Source of the DNA: an uncultured Bacilli bacterium
Lineage (GTDB): Bacteria > Bacillota_I > Bacilli_A > RF39 > UBA660
DNA length: 37,097 nt
Direction: 5' to 3'
Assembly: GCA_947587115.1 (NCBI GenBank)
Contig: CANPXY010000003.1
Coordinates: 1 to 37,097 of the forward strand
This document shows, one piece after another, positions 18,856-27,545 of the stretch (its first letter is position 1; every line of letters starts with the position of its first letter). Position numbers and translations under genes: made by a program. The notes beneath the pieces are model-generated. The model ran no database searches, had not been told where the DNA came from, and saw only the letters and a program-made list of their open reading frames with translations.

Positions 18856-19812
18856 ATGACAACCTTTTTATATAGCGACTCTAACAAACGGTATCACACA
18901 CTAGATTACTTTTATAAACATAAATTTCATTCTAAAGTGTTCAAAGTCAGTTTAAATGCTGGCTTTACCTGTCCCAACATCGATGGAACAAAAGGCTACG
19001 GAGGATGTATCTACTGTTCCAAACTAGGTAGTGGAGACTATGCTGGAGCGAAAGAAAAAAGTCTTACGACCCAATTTCAAGAAGTAAGAGATATGATTTT
19101 GAAAAAGTGGCCCCATAGTAAGTACATCGGTTACTTTCAAGCCAACACCAACACTTATGCACCACTTGCCGTCTTAAAAGAGAAATATGAGACCATCTTA
19201 AACCTCGATGACGTCATTGGACTCAATATTGCCACCCGGGCGGATGCAATTACAGATGAATGTTTAGATTATTTAGAAGAACTCTCGAAAAGAACATACT
19301 TGACGATCGAACTAGGACTACAGACCATCCACGAAAAGACGAGCCGGCTCATCAATCGCTGCCATACACTGGCGTGCTTTGAAGAAATGGTTTCCAAACT
19401 GAGAGCTAGAGATATCAATGTCGTCGTGCACATCATCAATGGGCTTCCCTATGAAAGCAAAGAAGAGATGCTAAAGACGGTCCAATATTTAAATCAACTG
19501 GATATTCAAGGAATCAAAATCCATATGTTACATATCTTAAAAGACACCACTTTAAATAATCTCTATCAAAAAGAACATTTTAAAGTGCTCTCCCGGGAAG
19601 AATACGTCGATATCGTCTGTGACCAACTAGAACTACTGCGCCCAGAGATCGTCATTCATCGCCTTACAGGAGATCCCAAAGTAGAAGACCTCGTCGAACC
19701 TGCATGGCTGATCAAAAAGTTTGGAGTCTTAAATGAAATTGATAAAGAACTGGCACGACGAGATAGTTATCAAGGAAAGAAAGCAAAGGAACTTGCATGT
19801 CATAAAACATAA
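18856..19812 (+). CDS. TIGR01212 (YhcC/YtqA) radical SAM protein
   Basis: GFTCPNIDGTKGYGGCIYC, YFQANTNTY, ELGLQT, GIKIHMLH and IHRLTGD. Confidence 0.93.
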   Translation: MTTFLYSDSNKRYHTLDYFYKHKFHSKVFKVSLNAGFTCPNIDGTKGYGGCIYCSKLGSGDYAGAKEKSLTTQFQEVRDMILKKWPHSKYIGYFQANTNTYAPLAVLKEKYETILNLDDVIGLNIATRADAITDECLDYLEELSKRTYLTIELGLQTIHEKTSRLINRCHTLACFEEMVSKLRARDINVVVHIINGLPYESKEEMLKTVQYLNQLDIQGIKIHMLHILKDTTLNNLYQKEHFKVLSREEYVDIVCDQLELLRPEIVIHRLTGDPKVEDLVEPAWLIKKFGVLNEIDKELARRDSYQGKKAKELACHKT

Positions 19813-19872
19813 CGAAACTTACCAGAAGCAACATCGACATTTTTATCAATAAAGTCAAAAGGAGTGAAGCAA

Positions 19873-20544
19873 ATGCGCAATCTAAAAGATGAACTGATAA
19901 ACCGCGAAATTGCCTATGACCAATTATTAGACAATGGCTTTGTTCAAGAAGGCGATCACTATTTTTTGAAAACCTTCATTGGAAACCAACACTTCCAAGT
20001 GATTATAGATTTTTCCAAAGATCAACAAACCTCAAAAGTGATCGATCTAGAGAGTGGCGAAGAATACATTTTGGTCGATATAAAAAATGCTTCTGGAAGT
20101 TTTGTGGAAACACTAAAAAACGAATACGAACAGTTATTACAAGAGGTCATGAATAAGTGTACAACCATGAATTCTTTTCAAAATAAACAGACGCACTTAG
20201 TCATTCAATATCTGAAAGATCACTACCAAGATGAACTAGAATACTTATGGGAAAAATTTCCCCAAGATGCCATTGTGCGAAACAAAAAAAATCAAAAATG
20301 GTATGGAGTCTTTATGACGGTCGCCGAAAATAAACTAGGTCTTCCTTCAGATAACATGACAGAAATTATAGATTTGCGATACGAAAAAGGCAAAACCGAC
20401 GAGATCGTCGATCATAAAAGCGTGTTTGCAGGCTACCACATGAACAAGAACAGTTGGATTACCGTAAAACTTGATAACAGCATGCCAATCGAAAAGATTT
20501 ATCGATTGATCGATCAAAGCTACGAGTTGTCACTCCATAAATAA
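19873..20544 (+). CDS. MmcQ/YjbR family DNA-binding protein
   Basis: EYLWEKFP..AIVR...KWY and AGYHMNKNSWITV...IDQSY; ATG at 19873 after SD GGAG. Confidence 0.88.
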   Translation: MRNLKDELINREIAYDQLLDNGFVQEGDHYFLKTFIGNQHFQVIIDFSKDQQTSKVIDLESGEEYILVDIKNASGSFVETLKNEYEQLLQEVMNKCTTMNSFQNKQTHLVIQYLKDHYQDELEYLWEKFPQDAIVRNKKNQKWYGVFMTVAENKLGLPSDNMTEIIDLRYEKGKTDEIVDHKSVFAGYHMNKNSWITVKLDNSMPIEKIYRLIDQSYELSLHK

Positions 20545-20547
20545 GAA

Positions 20548-20577
20548 GAAAAAAAACGTGTAACAAGACACGTTTTT
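20548..20577. terminator. Bidirectional terminator
   Basis: AAAAAAACGTGT-AACAAG-ACACGTTTTT between convergent genes. Confidence 0.75.
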
Positions 20578-21904
20578 ATTGATTGGCGACAATTTCTCCA
20601 TCCTCTAAAAAGGTGGTATTGATACTCCATGAAGTCATGTCCGAAAGAAGTTCAGTCTTTTCTTCATCGGTTACAACTTTGGTATAACAATCTTTCTGTA
20701 AAGCTGGAAGAAAGTAAAAAGTGCTGCTGCCATCATTTTTTAACTTCCATGTGATAATACCCGTATCAATCGTGTAATCATTGAAAATAAAGTTTCCCAA
20801 ATTGTAGGCGATCAACTTGCCATTATAAAACTCGACTCCTTGTAACACATGGGCATGCGTTCCAATGACCATATCGGCACCACTGTCAATATAGAGTCTT
20901 CCCGTCTCTTTTTGAACGTTTTCAAGATTGTGTGTATTCTCTGTTCCCCAGTGCACAAGTGCGACAACATAATCGCTCTGTTGCTTCGTTTGAGAAATTT
21001 TATTCGCAAAAGCTGTAGGATCATAACAACGAAAAACTCCACCTTCTGTTTCCGTAGCTTCTGGCGTCAAAATATATTTTTCTGCTCTGGTAGCATTTAG
21101 AAAAGCAATCTTATAACCATTTACAATCAAGTAATAAGGTTGCATTGCTTCTTCGATATTTACTCCCGCACCAATATAAGGAATAGAAGCACCCTTTAAC
21201 GTAGATAATGTATCATAGAAAGCATCCCTTCCAAAATCATAGACATGATTGTTCGCAAGCGTCACCAAATCGACCCCCATCTCATGGTAAATATCTACAT
21301 TCTTAGTCGCAGCTCGAAAGGTATATTGCTTCCCTGGCATCGCACTGCCACGATCACTAAAAGGAAATTCACTGTTCACGATCAAGAAGTCTTGCTCCCT
21401 CATATAAGAAAGTAGATCTTCTGACAAGATGCCTGTAATACCACCACGGCTTTTATAATAAGGCATAATATCCCAGTTATCAGCCAAAGAAACATCTCCT
21501 GCATAACCGATCTCTACTTCCTCTTGGGCCTTTCCGATCACTTGGACATCCGTCCGATTTTGATAGTTGTCTTGATAAAGATCTTGAAGGACAAAATAAG
21601 AGCTTCCTGTAACTTCATGCCAAAGTGCCCTCTGATAACGTTCTTCCTGCAAGGCAAGATCAATCTTTTGTAAAGCATCCGGATATTGTTGATCCACCCA
21701 ACGTAAGAAATCCGCATCGAACGATAAGTCGTTCTGATGTTCTAAAATCATCGCTACATAATCTACTTTTTCACTTTTGGTACTGGGCGTTTTAGAAGAA
21801 TGTTTGACATACTGCATTCCTACCATTCCACCAATTCCTAAAAGAAGAAGCAGAAAGACCACGATCACACTTTTCTTAAGCTTTTTTCGTTTCACATACC
21901 TCAC
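20576..21904 (-). CDS. CapA family metallophosphoesterase, membrane anchored
   Basis: AGDV, VNSE, LANNHVYDFG, VHWGTE, IGTHAHVLQG and YNLGNFIF. Confidence 0.92.
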   Translation of the reverse strand: MRYVKRKKLKKSVIVVFLLLLLGIGGMVGMQYVKHSSKTPSTKSEKVDYVAMILEHQNDLSFDADFLRWVDQQYPDALQKIDLALQEERYQRALWHEVTGSSYFVLQDLYQDNYQNRTDVQVIGKAQEEVEIGYAGDVSLADNWDIMPYYKSRGGITGILSEDLLSYMREQDFLIVNSEFPFSDRGSAMPGKQYTFRAATKNVDIYHEMGVDLVTLANNHVYDFGRDAFYDTLSTLKGASIPYIGAGVNIEEAMQPYYLIVNGYKIAFLNATRAEKYILTPEATETEGGVFRCYDPTAFANKISQTKQQSDYVVALVHWGTENTHNLENVQKETGRLYIDSGADMVIGTHAHVLQGVEFYNGKLIAYNLGNFIFNDYTIDTGIITWKLKNDGSSTFYFLPALQKDCYTKVVTDEEKTELLSDMTSWSINTTFLEDGEIVANQ

Positions 21905-21935
21905 TTACTTTCCTTCTTATTATATCATAACCATC

Positions 21936-21990
21936 AAAAAATCCCAAGAACACTTGGGATTTATACATCACAACATCAGTTGTGACATTA
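21936..21990 (-). ncRNA. Candidate ~55-nt two-hairpin small RNA
   Basis: TACAAT -10-like site, then hairpin ATGTCACAAC-TGAT-GTTGTGATGT, then terminator AAATCCCAAG-TGTT-CTTGGGATTTTTT. No minus-strand gene lies upstream to terminate. Confidence 0.35.
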
Positions 21991-22085
21991 TTAGATTGTA
22001 CCCAAAAAACAATTTTATACTATATTTTTTATTTTTTAATGCAAAAATTATTTCCTGTACGATCAATGTCAAAAGAGATAGAAAT

Positions 22086-22148
22086 TTAACAAATTACTGT
22101 CAACATGATATAATTTGTGTTGTAACAATGCAAAAAAGATATTATAAT
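22086..22148 (+). promoter_or_regulatory. Tandem sigma-A promoters
   Basis: TTAACA-17-TATAAT with extended TG (22086-22114) and TTGTAA-17-TATAAT (22120-22148). Confidence 0.6.
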
Positions 22149-22176
22149 TAATTTAAGAATAGAAAGCAGGGATAGA

Positions 22177-22911
22177 ATGAAGCCTAAAACGAGAATAATC
22201 ATTACCTCTTCTTTGACAATCTTAGGACTTGGCATGATCGGTACTGGCACATATATGGAACTCGCTTTACCAACATCTACTGCACTTTCCTATAACGAAA
22301 CCAAGAGAAATCCCGATATTCCAATCGAAGAAGATTTAGTGATTACTTTAAAAGAATTGCATCTTTCACTGAATGCTGCATTGAGCATGGATGTTCAAAG
22401 TTATATAAATGAGCCTGTAGCGAATCCTATTTTACAACAATTAGTTCTAGATACAAGCAAAGTGGACATGACGAAAGTAGGAAGTTACACTTATACAATC
22501 ACATATCAGAAAAAAGTATTTAAAGGTACAATTATCGTTGAAAAAAATACGCAAGAGCAACCACAACCAGAAACCCAAACTCTTGAAAAATTGACGCTCA
22601 AACAACTCTCATTAAAACTTCATGAATCATTACCTACAGATCTTGAAAGCTACATTGTCGAACCGTTGACCGATCAAATACGAAACCAAATTAAAATCGA
22701 CTTATCGAGTGTCAATGTTACAAAAGCAGGATCCTATCAATATACGATTACTTATAACAACACTGTCTATACTGGTACAATTACGATTGTTGAAGATCAA
22801 CCACCAGCAAGTCCAGAACCAGAAGAATCAAAATCTACGGATTCTGAAACAGACGATTCCAAAAAAGATGAAGAAGATGAAAAAAAAGAAGATCTCCCTC
22901 CTAGCGAGTGA
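22177..22911 (+). CDS. Surface protein with two tandem bacterial Ig-like repeats and an acidic tail
   Basis: N-terminal TM; repeats ...LDTSKVDMTKVGSYTYTITY..VFKGTIIVE and ...IDLSSVNVTKAGSYQYTITY..VYTGTITIVE. Confidence 0.8.
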   Translation: MKPKTRIIITSSLTILGLGMIGTGTYMELALPTSTALSYNETKRNPDIPIEEDLVITLKELHLSLNAALSMDVQSYINEPVANPILQQLVLDTSKVDMTKVGSYTYTITYQKKVFKGTIIVEKNTQEQPQPETQTLEKLTLKQLSLKLHESLPTDLESYIVEPLTDQIRNQIKIDLSSVNVTKAGSYQYTITYNNTVYTGTITIVEDQPPASPEPEESKSTDSETDDSKKDEEDEKKEDLPPSE

Positions 22912-22918
22912 GATCTTT

Positions 22919-23863
22919 TTATAACATATCTTTTTTCTTGAGAATATAGGCAACGAGCAAAGATAACATCACTGAAATCGATAATAATAAGAAGAATGAC
23001 ATTGGATTATACTTAAATGGTCCCAACGGAATATTCATTCCAAAGAACGAAGCCACCATCGTTGGAATGGAAAAGACGATGGTAATTCCGGCCAAGAATT
23101 TCATAGCTGTATTCAAATGATTAGAAATGATCGTCGCAAAAGTATCTGTCATTCCAGCTAAGATTTCTCGATATAAGTTCGAAATTTCAATTCCCTGATT
23201 ATTCTCTATGATCGCATCCTCTAAAAGTTCTTGATCTTCGACATAAAGATCGATGGTATTTCCCTTTAGAATCTTCTCTAAGACAATACCATTAGATTTT
23301 AAAGAGGTCGTAATATAAACCAAACTTTTTTGTAATCCGACCAATTTGACCAACTCATCATTTTTAGCACCCTTGATCATCAAGTCTTCTACTTTTTCCA
23401 TATGAGATTGAATTTCACTCAAATATTTAAGATACGATTTTGCAATACGATAGACGAGTTGAATCATAAACCGACTTTTTTTATAAGTATAAAAATCATT
23501 GACTTTTTGTTCTTTAAATTCATTTAATACCTCACTCTTTTTAAGAGACAAGGTGACAAAGTAGGAATCACGAACAAAGATAATGCATAAAGGGATTGTC
23601 TGAATAGAAGTAAATTGTTTGCGCTCGTGGAGATAGGGAACATTGACAATGAGCATCTTATGATTTTCTCCAACTTCTACTCTCGGCCTCTCATCTGCAT
23701 CAAGACCACTTTGCAAGAACTCTTTTGGGACATTCAACTGTTTGGAAAGATCATCTAATTCTTGCTCCGTAGGTGCAACGACATCGATCCAGCAACCAAC
23801 TTCGATAGCATCGATGGTCTCTAGTTCAAAAGTTTCTTGATTGGTTTTATAAATCTTCCACAT
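22919..23863 (-). CDS. corA: CorA family Mg2+ transporter
   Basis: WIDVVAPT, LDADERPR, NHLNTAMK.L and the FFGMN signature between two C-terminal TMs. Confidence 0.92.
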   Translation of the reverse strand: MWKIYKTNQETFELETIDAIEVGCWIDVVAPTEQELDDLSKQLNVPKEFLQSGLDADERPRVEVGENHKMLIVNVPYLHERKQFTSIQTIPLCIIFVRDSYFVTLSLKKSEVLNEFKEQKVNDFYTYKKSRFMIQLVYRIAKSYLKYLSEIQSHMEKVEDLMIKGAKNDELVKLVGLQKSLVYITTSLKSNGIVLEKILKGNTIDLYVEDQELLEDAIIENNQGIEISNLYREILAGMTDTFATIISNHLNTAMKFLAGITIVFSIPTMVASFFGMNIPLGPFKYNPMSFFLLLSISVMLSLLVAYILKKKDML

Positions 23864-23932
23864 ATACCACACACCTACCTATGATAACAGTATATTACAC
23901 ATCAAATTTTGTTGCAAGAGAAAAGAGAAAGT

Positions 23933-24979
23933 TTATTTTCTCTTATATTGATAACCACGTTCCTCTACCTTGGTAGTTGTCTCATTCGCTTTTAACATCT
24001 GCTTTTCAATGTACTCATCAACGGCTGTATAGTCTACTTCAGCACGAGAAGTAACAGAAGCACTTTTCTCTTTCGCCTTGGTAGAATCCTGATCGAGGTC
24101 TTCATGTTCAGGCAAAACTGGAGACTGAATTTTAGGTGGTTCCGTAGAAGGAGAAGGTTTGGTAAAATTATTGTTTTTAATCGCAACAGCTTCTGGAACC
24201 ATCATGCTGATTGCTGAACTCATCATGATCGGAGCAATCATGCTAGGGCCTAAAAGTAAGGATCCTAAAATGGTGACCCCAGCAGTTCCCAAAAGTTTAC
24301 AAATTTGTTTGTTCTTTTCCGTGGTAGGAAACAAATCGGGCAACATCATCGTGCCGATGGAAGCAAGAGCAATCGTACCTAGAGAAAGCAAACTAGCGCT
24401 GCCAAAGCCAAAAGCCAATGTAGCAATAGCCCCTGCTGACTGCAAAGCCATTTTCATCTTGGCTGGATAAGTAGGGCTCGTGGCTTCACCTCGCATAAAG
24501 GTGCGATAGTGTTGCTTGATTTTAGTAAAGAATGATGTTTTTTCTTGATCCTGATCCTCATTCTGATGTTCTTCCTGCTCTTGACGCTTTCCGTCCTCGT
24601 ACTTTTTCTTTGCCGTAAAAGCTCCTACAGCAAGATCACGAGCTCCGATGGTAAGTACCCATAGAGGCATTACCTTTTGGGCCATCAGTGTAAGAGCAAT
24701 TCCCCAGTTTTGTAATTTGTCCGCAATGGGATCAAGTGCTTGCCCCCATTTTGATTGCTGATGCAATACACGCGCTAAAGTACCATCGACAAAATCAGTA
24801 GCGGCCGTTAAAATGGCCCAACTAGGCAAAAACCAATTCCCAAGACCTACAGGATTGATGCCTTGACTAGCTAAAAATGTGATCAGACCTACCGAACTAG
24901 AAATGCGCAAGAGTGTAAAAGCATTCGGAACAGTCCAAAAACGATGCCAATATTTACTTTGCTCAACTTCGTTGTTCAC
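23933..24979 (-). CDS. CDP-alcohol phosphatidyltransferase (PgsA-like) with an insertion and a long C-terminal extension
   Basis: VPNAFTLLRI and TDFVDGTLARVLHQQSKWGQALDPIADK signature; 348 aa versus about 190 aa for typical PgsA. Confidence 0.85.
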   Translation of the reverse strand: MNNEVEQSKYWHRFWTVPNAFTLLRISSSVGLITFLASQGINPVGLGNWFLPSWAILTAATDFVDGTLARVLHQQSKWGQALDPIADKLQNWGIALTLMAQKVMPLWVLTIGARDLAVGAFTAKKKYEDGKRQEQEEHQNEDQDQEKTSFFTKIKQHYRTFMRGEATSPTYPAKMKMALQSAGAIATLAFGFGSASLLSLGTIALASIGTMMLPDLFPTTEKNKQICKLLGTAGVTILGSLLLGPSMIAPIMMSSAISMMVPEAVAIKNNNFTKPSPSTEPPKIQSPVLPEHEDLDQDSTKAKEKSASVTSRAEVDYTAVDEYIEKQMLKANETTTKVEERGYQYKRK

Positions 24980-25076
24980 ACTACCACCTCATCATTCTAA
25001 TTATAGTAACGACTTTGATGGAAAATGTCAAGTATTTCTATAAAGAACAAAGGTAAAAGGCCTTTTGATAAGGCCT

Positions 25077-25790
25077 TTATTCTAAAACATTAATCGCTGG
25101 TTCGTCACTGTTTTTTTCATAGATCGTCAACTTTTCATCCGCATCACAGATCACGAGCAATAGATCATCCAGTTGTTTATAACCATTGTTTTCTAATCGT
25201 TTCAATAACCACTTCTCATCTTTACCAATATTTTTCAAGTTTTCTTTCATCACTTTCCCATCGATGACAAGATTCGCACAGAGCCCTTTATAAGTCGTTT
25301 TGATTTTGAGATCGTTTGGAGTAAGAGGAGCATATTTACTCTTAGGTAAAAAACTCACTTGCCCATTGGCCTCCATAATCGCATATTCAATTTGACTCAA
25401 ATCAAAATAACCGCTGACACGACATTCTTCTAAAAAATCATTGATATCAAAGCGTACCTCTTTGAGCCCTTCCAACAACAGCTTGCCATTTTGAACCAGT
25501 AGAATCGGTGTACCTGTAATAAACCGACGCGCATGGATACTCTTACTCGTAATGTAAGATACTAAAATCGAACTGAACGCATAGACTGCCATAGCGATTA
25601 AGCCTCCCGCCAAAGAGACCTCTTTATTGACTGCCATCTCAGCCGCTAAATTACCAAGGGTAATCCCAATGATAAAATCAAAAATATTCAACTGACTAAT
25701 TTGCTTGCGACCAATTAATTTGGTAATCAAAAACAACATGATAATCGATACAACGGTCTCTAACAACAACATCCAAAGATCATTTTTCAT
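25077..25790 (-). CDS. DUF421/YetF family spore inner-membrane protein
   Basis: GRKQISQLNIFDFIIGITLG, GTPILLVQNGK, YAIMEANGQVS and LVIDGKV; ATG at 25790 after SD GGTGA. Confidence 0.9.
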   Translation of the reverse strand: MKNDLWMLLLETVVSIIMLFLITKLIGRKQISQLNIFDFIIGITLGNLAAEMAVNKEVSLAGGLIAMAVYAFSSILVSYITSKSIHARRFITGTPILLVQNGKLLLEGLKEVRFDINDFLEECRVSGYFDLSQIEYAIMEANGQVSFLPKSKYAPLTPNDLKIKTTYKGLCANLVIDGKVMKENLKNIGKDEKWLLKRLENNGYKQLDDLLLVICDADEKLTIYEKNSDEPAINVLE

Positions 25791-25804
25791 ATAATTCACC
25801 AATC

Positions 25805-25834
25805 ATAGTATGAAAAATAATCACAAAATTATAC
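25805..25834 (-). promoter_or_regulatory. Sporulation sigma (SigG-type, also SigE-compatible) promoter of the yetF-like gene
   Basis: GTATA-17nt-CATACTA directly upstream of the SD. Confidence 0.65.
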
Positions 25835-25837
25835 TTT

Positions 25838-27490
25838 TTAGAAAATACCGATAATATTTCCCTCTTCATCTAAATCAATTTGCTCATAATTTGGAACTTT
25901 AGGTAATCCTGGCATCGTCATAATGTTCCCCAACAAAACGGTGATAAATCCAGCTCCATGATAAAGATAGACATCTTTCACTGTAACCGTAAAATTCTGT
26001 GGTGCTCCAAGTTTTTTCGCATCATCAGAAAGAGAATACTGAGTCTTTGCTATACAGATCGGAAATTGATCAAGTTGCAAGGCTTCTAAAGCACGAATTT
26101 TTTCTTCCGCTGCCAAAGAATAATGAACCTCTTGGGCCCGATAGATTTCCTTGGCGATCTTTTCAATTTTATTCTTTATGGAGTCTTTTTCATCATAGAG
26201 CACTTGAAATTGAGTTTCTTCTTGGCACATGTCGATTACAGCCTTGGCCAAATCGATGGCTCCTACTCCACCCTGACTATAAGCATCGCTTACAACACAA
26301 GGAACTCCTACTTCCTTACAGTAATCCATGACAACTTGTATTTCAGCATCCGTATCGTTTTGATACTTATTCAAGCAGACAATCAATGGAACATGATACT
26401 TTTTCATGTTCTCGATATGCACTTTTAGATTTGGTAGACCATTTTTTACAGCCTCTACGTTCTCTTCTAAAATATGATCTTTTTCTACTCCCGCATTGTA
26501 CTTTAAGGCTTTAAGCGTTGCCACTAAAACTACCCCATTAGGAGTCAAATTGGCCTTGCGGCATTTGATATCAAAAAACTTTTCAGCACCCAAGTCTGCA
26601 CCGAATCCTGCTTCTGTAACGACGTAGTCCGCTAACGCCAATCCCATCTTGGTCGCAACGACACTGTTACAGCCGTGGGCAATATTGGCAAAAGGTCCTC
26701 CATGGATCAAAGTCGGCGTATGTTCTAAGGTCTGAACCAAATTCGGAGCAAAAGCATCCTTTAATAATACTGTAAGTGCTCCTTCAATTTTTAAATCGCG
26801 AGCATAGATCGGAGTCTGATCTTTCCGATAAGCAATGATGATAGAGCCTAAGCGATGTTTCAAATCTGTAAGCGTCGTAGCAAGGCAGAACAAAGCCATA
26901 ATCTCACTTGCCGCCGTAATCGTAAACTTTTCAGGACGCTCTTTCCCATTTGCAGAGCCACCCAAACCAATTTCTATTTCTCGTAGAGCTCGATCATTTA
27001 CGTCTAAACAACGATGAAACACGATTTGATCAGGATCGATTCCTAAGGCGTTTCCCTGTTGGATATGATTATCGATCGCCGCACATAATAAGTTATTACA
27101 AGAAGTGATCGCATGAAAATCTCCCGTAAAATGCAAATTGATCTCTTCCATCGGTACAACTTGAGAGCGCCCTCCTCCTGTTGCGCCGCCTTTCATACCA
27201 AATACAGGTCCCATGGATGGTTGCCGAAGAACTAATAAGACCTGCTCTTTTAAAGCATGAAGCGCATCGGCTAGACCGATACTGACGGTCGTCTTTCCTT
27301 CTCCATAGGGCGTCGGATTAATCGCCGTCACTAAGATTAATTTCCCCTTGGGCTGGACCTCTTTAGTCTTCAAAATCTTTGCTTTATATTTACCTAAATA
27401 GAGGACTTCATCATCTGAAAGTTTTAACTCATCAACAAGTGCTCTTATCTCTTTCATTTTACTAGCGCGAGCAATTTCTATATCTGTCAT
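25838..27490 (-). CDS. fhs: Formate--tetrahydrofolate ligase
   Basis: TAINPTPYGEGKTT, GMKGGATGGG, HGGPFANIAHG, TEAGFGADLGAEKF and IMTMPGLP. Confidence 0.97.
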   Translation of the reverse strand: MTDIEIARASKMKEIRALVDELKLSDDEVLYLGKYKAKILKTKEVQPKGKLILVTAINPTPYGEGKTTVSIGLADALHALKEQVLLVLRQPSMGPVFGMKGGATGGGRSQVVPMEEINLHFTGDFHAITSCNNLLCAAIDNHIQQGNALGIDPDQIVFHRCLDVNDRALREIEIGLGGSANGKERPEKFTITAASEIMALFCLATTLTDLKHRLGSIIIAYRKDQTPIYARDLKIEGALTVLLKDAFAPNLVQTLEHTPTLIHGGPFANIAHGCNSVVATKMGLALADYVVTEAGFGADLGAEKFFDIKCRKANLTPNGVVLVATLKALKYNAGVEKDHILEENVEAVKNGLPNLKVHIENMKKYHVPLIVCLNKYQNDTDAEIQVVMDYCKEVGVPCVVSDAYSQGGVGAIDLAKAVIDMCQEETQFQVLYDEKDSIKNKIEKIAKEIYRAQEVHYSLAAEEKIRALEALQLDQFPICIAKTQYSLSDDAKKLGAPQNFTVTVKDVYLYHGAGFITVLLGNIMTMPGLPKVPNYEQIDLDEEGNIIGIF

Positions 27491-27545
27491 ATTACCACCT
27501 CTGTTCCATTATACTACAAATTCTTATAAATTAGAAAAAGGAATG

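Noticed and set aside
20576-21904. Poly-gamma-glutamate capsule locus
   Set aside because: capB and capC are absent from the window; stand-alone CapA-domain proteins are widespread.
21777-22151. 124-aa plus-strand ORF
   Set aside because: It overlaps the capA 5' end in antisense and runs through promoter and terminator DNA.
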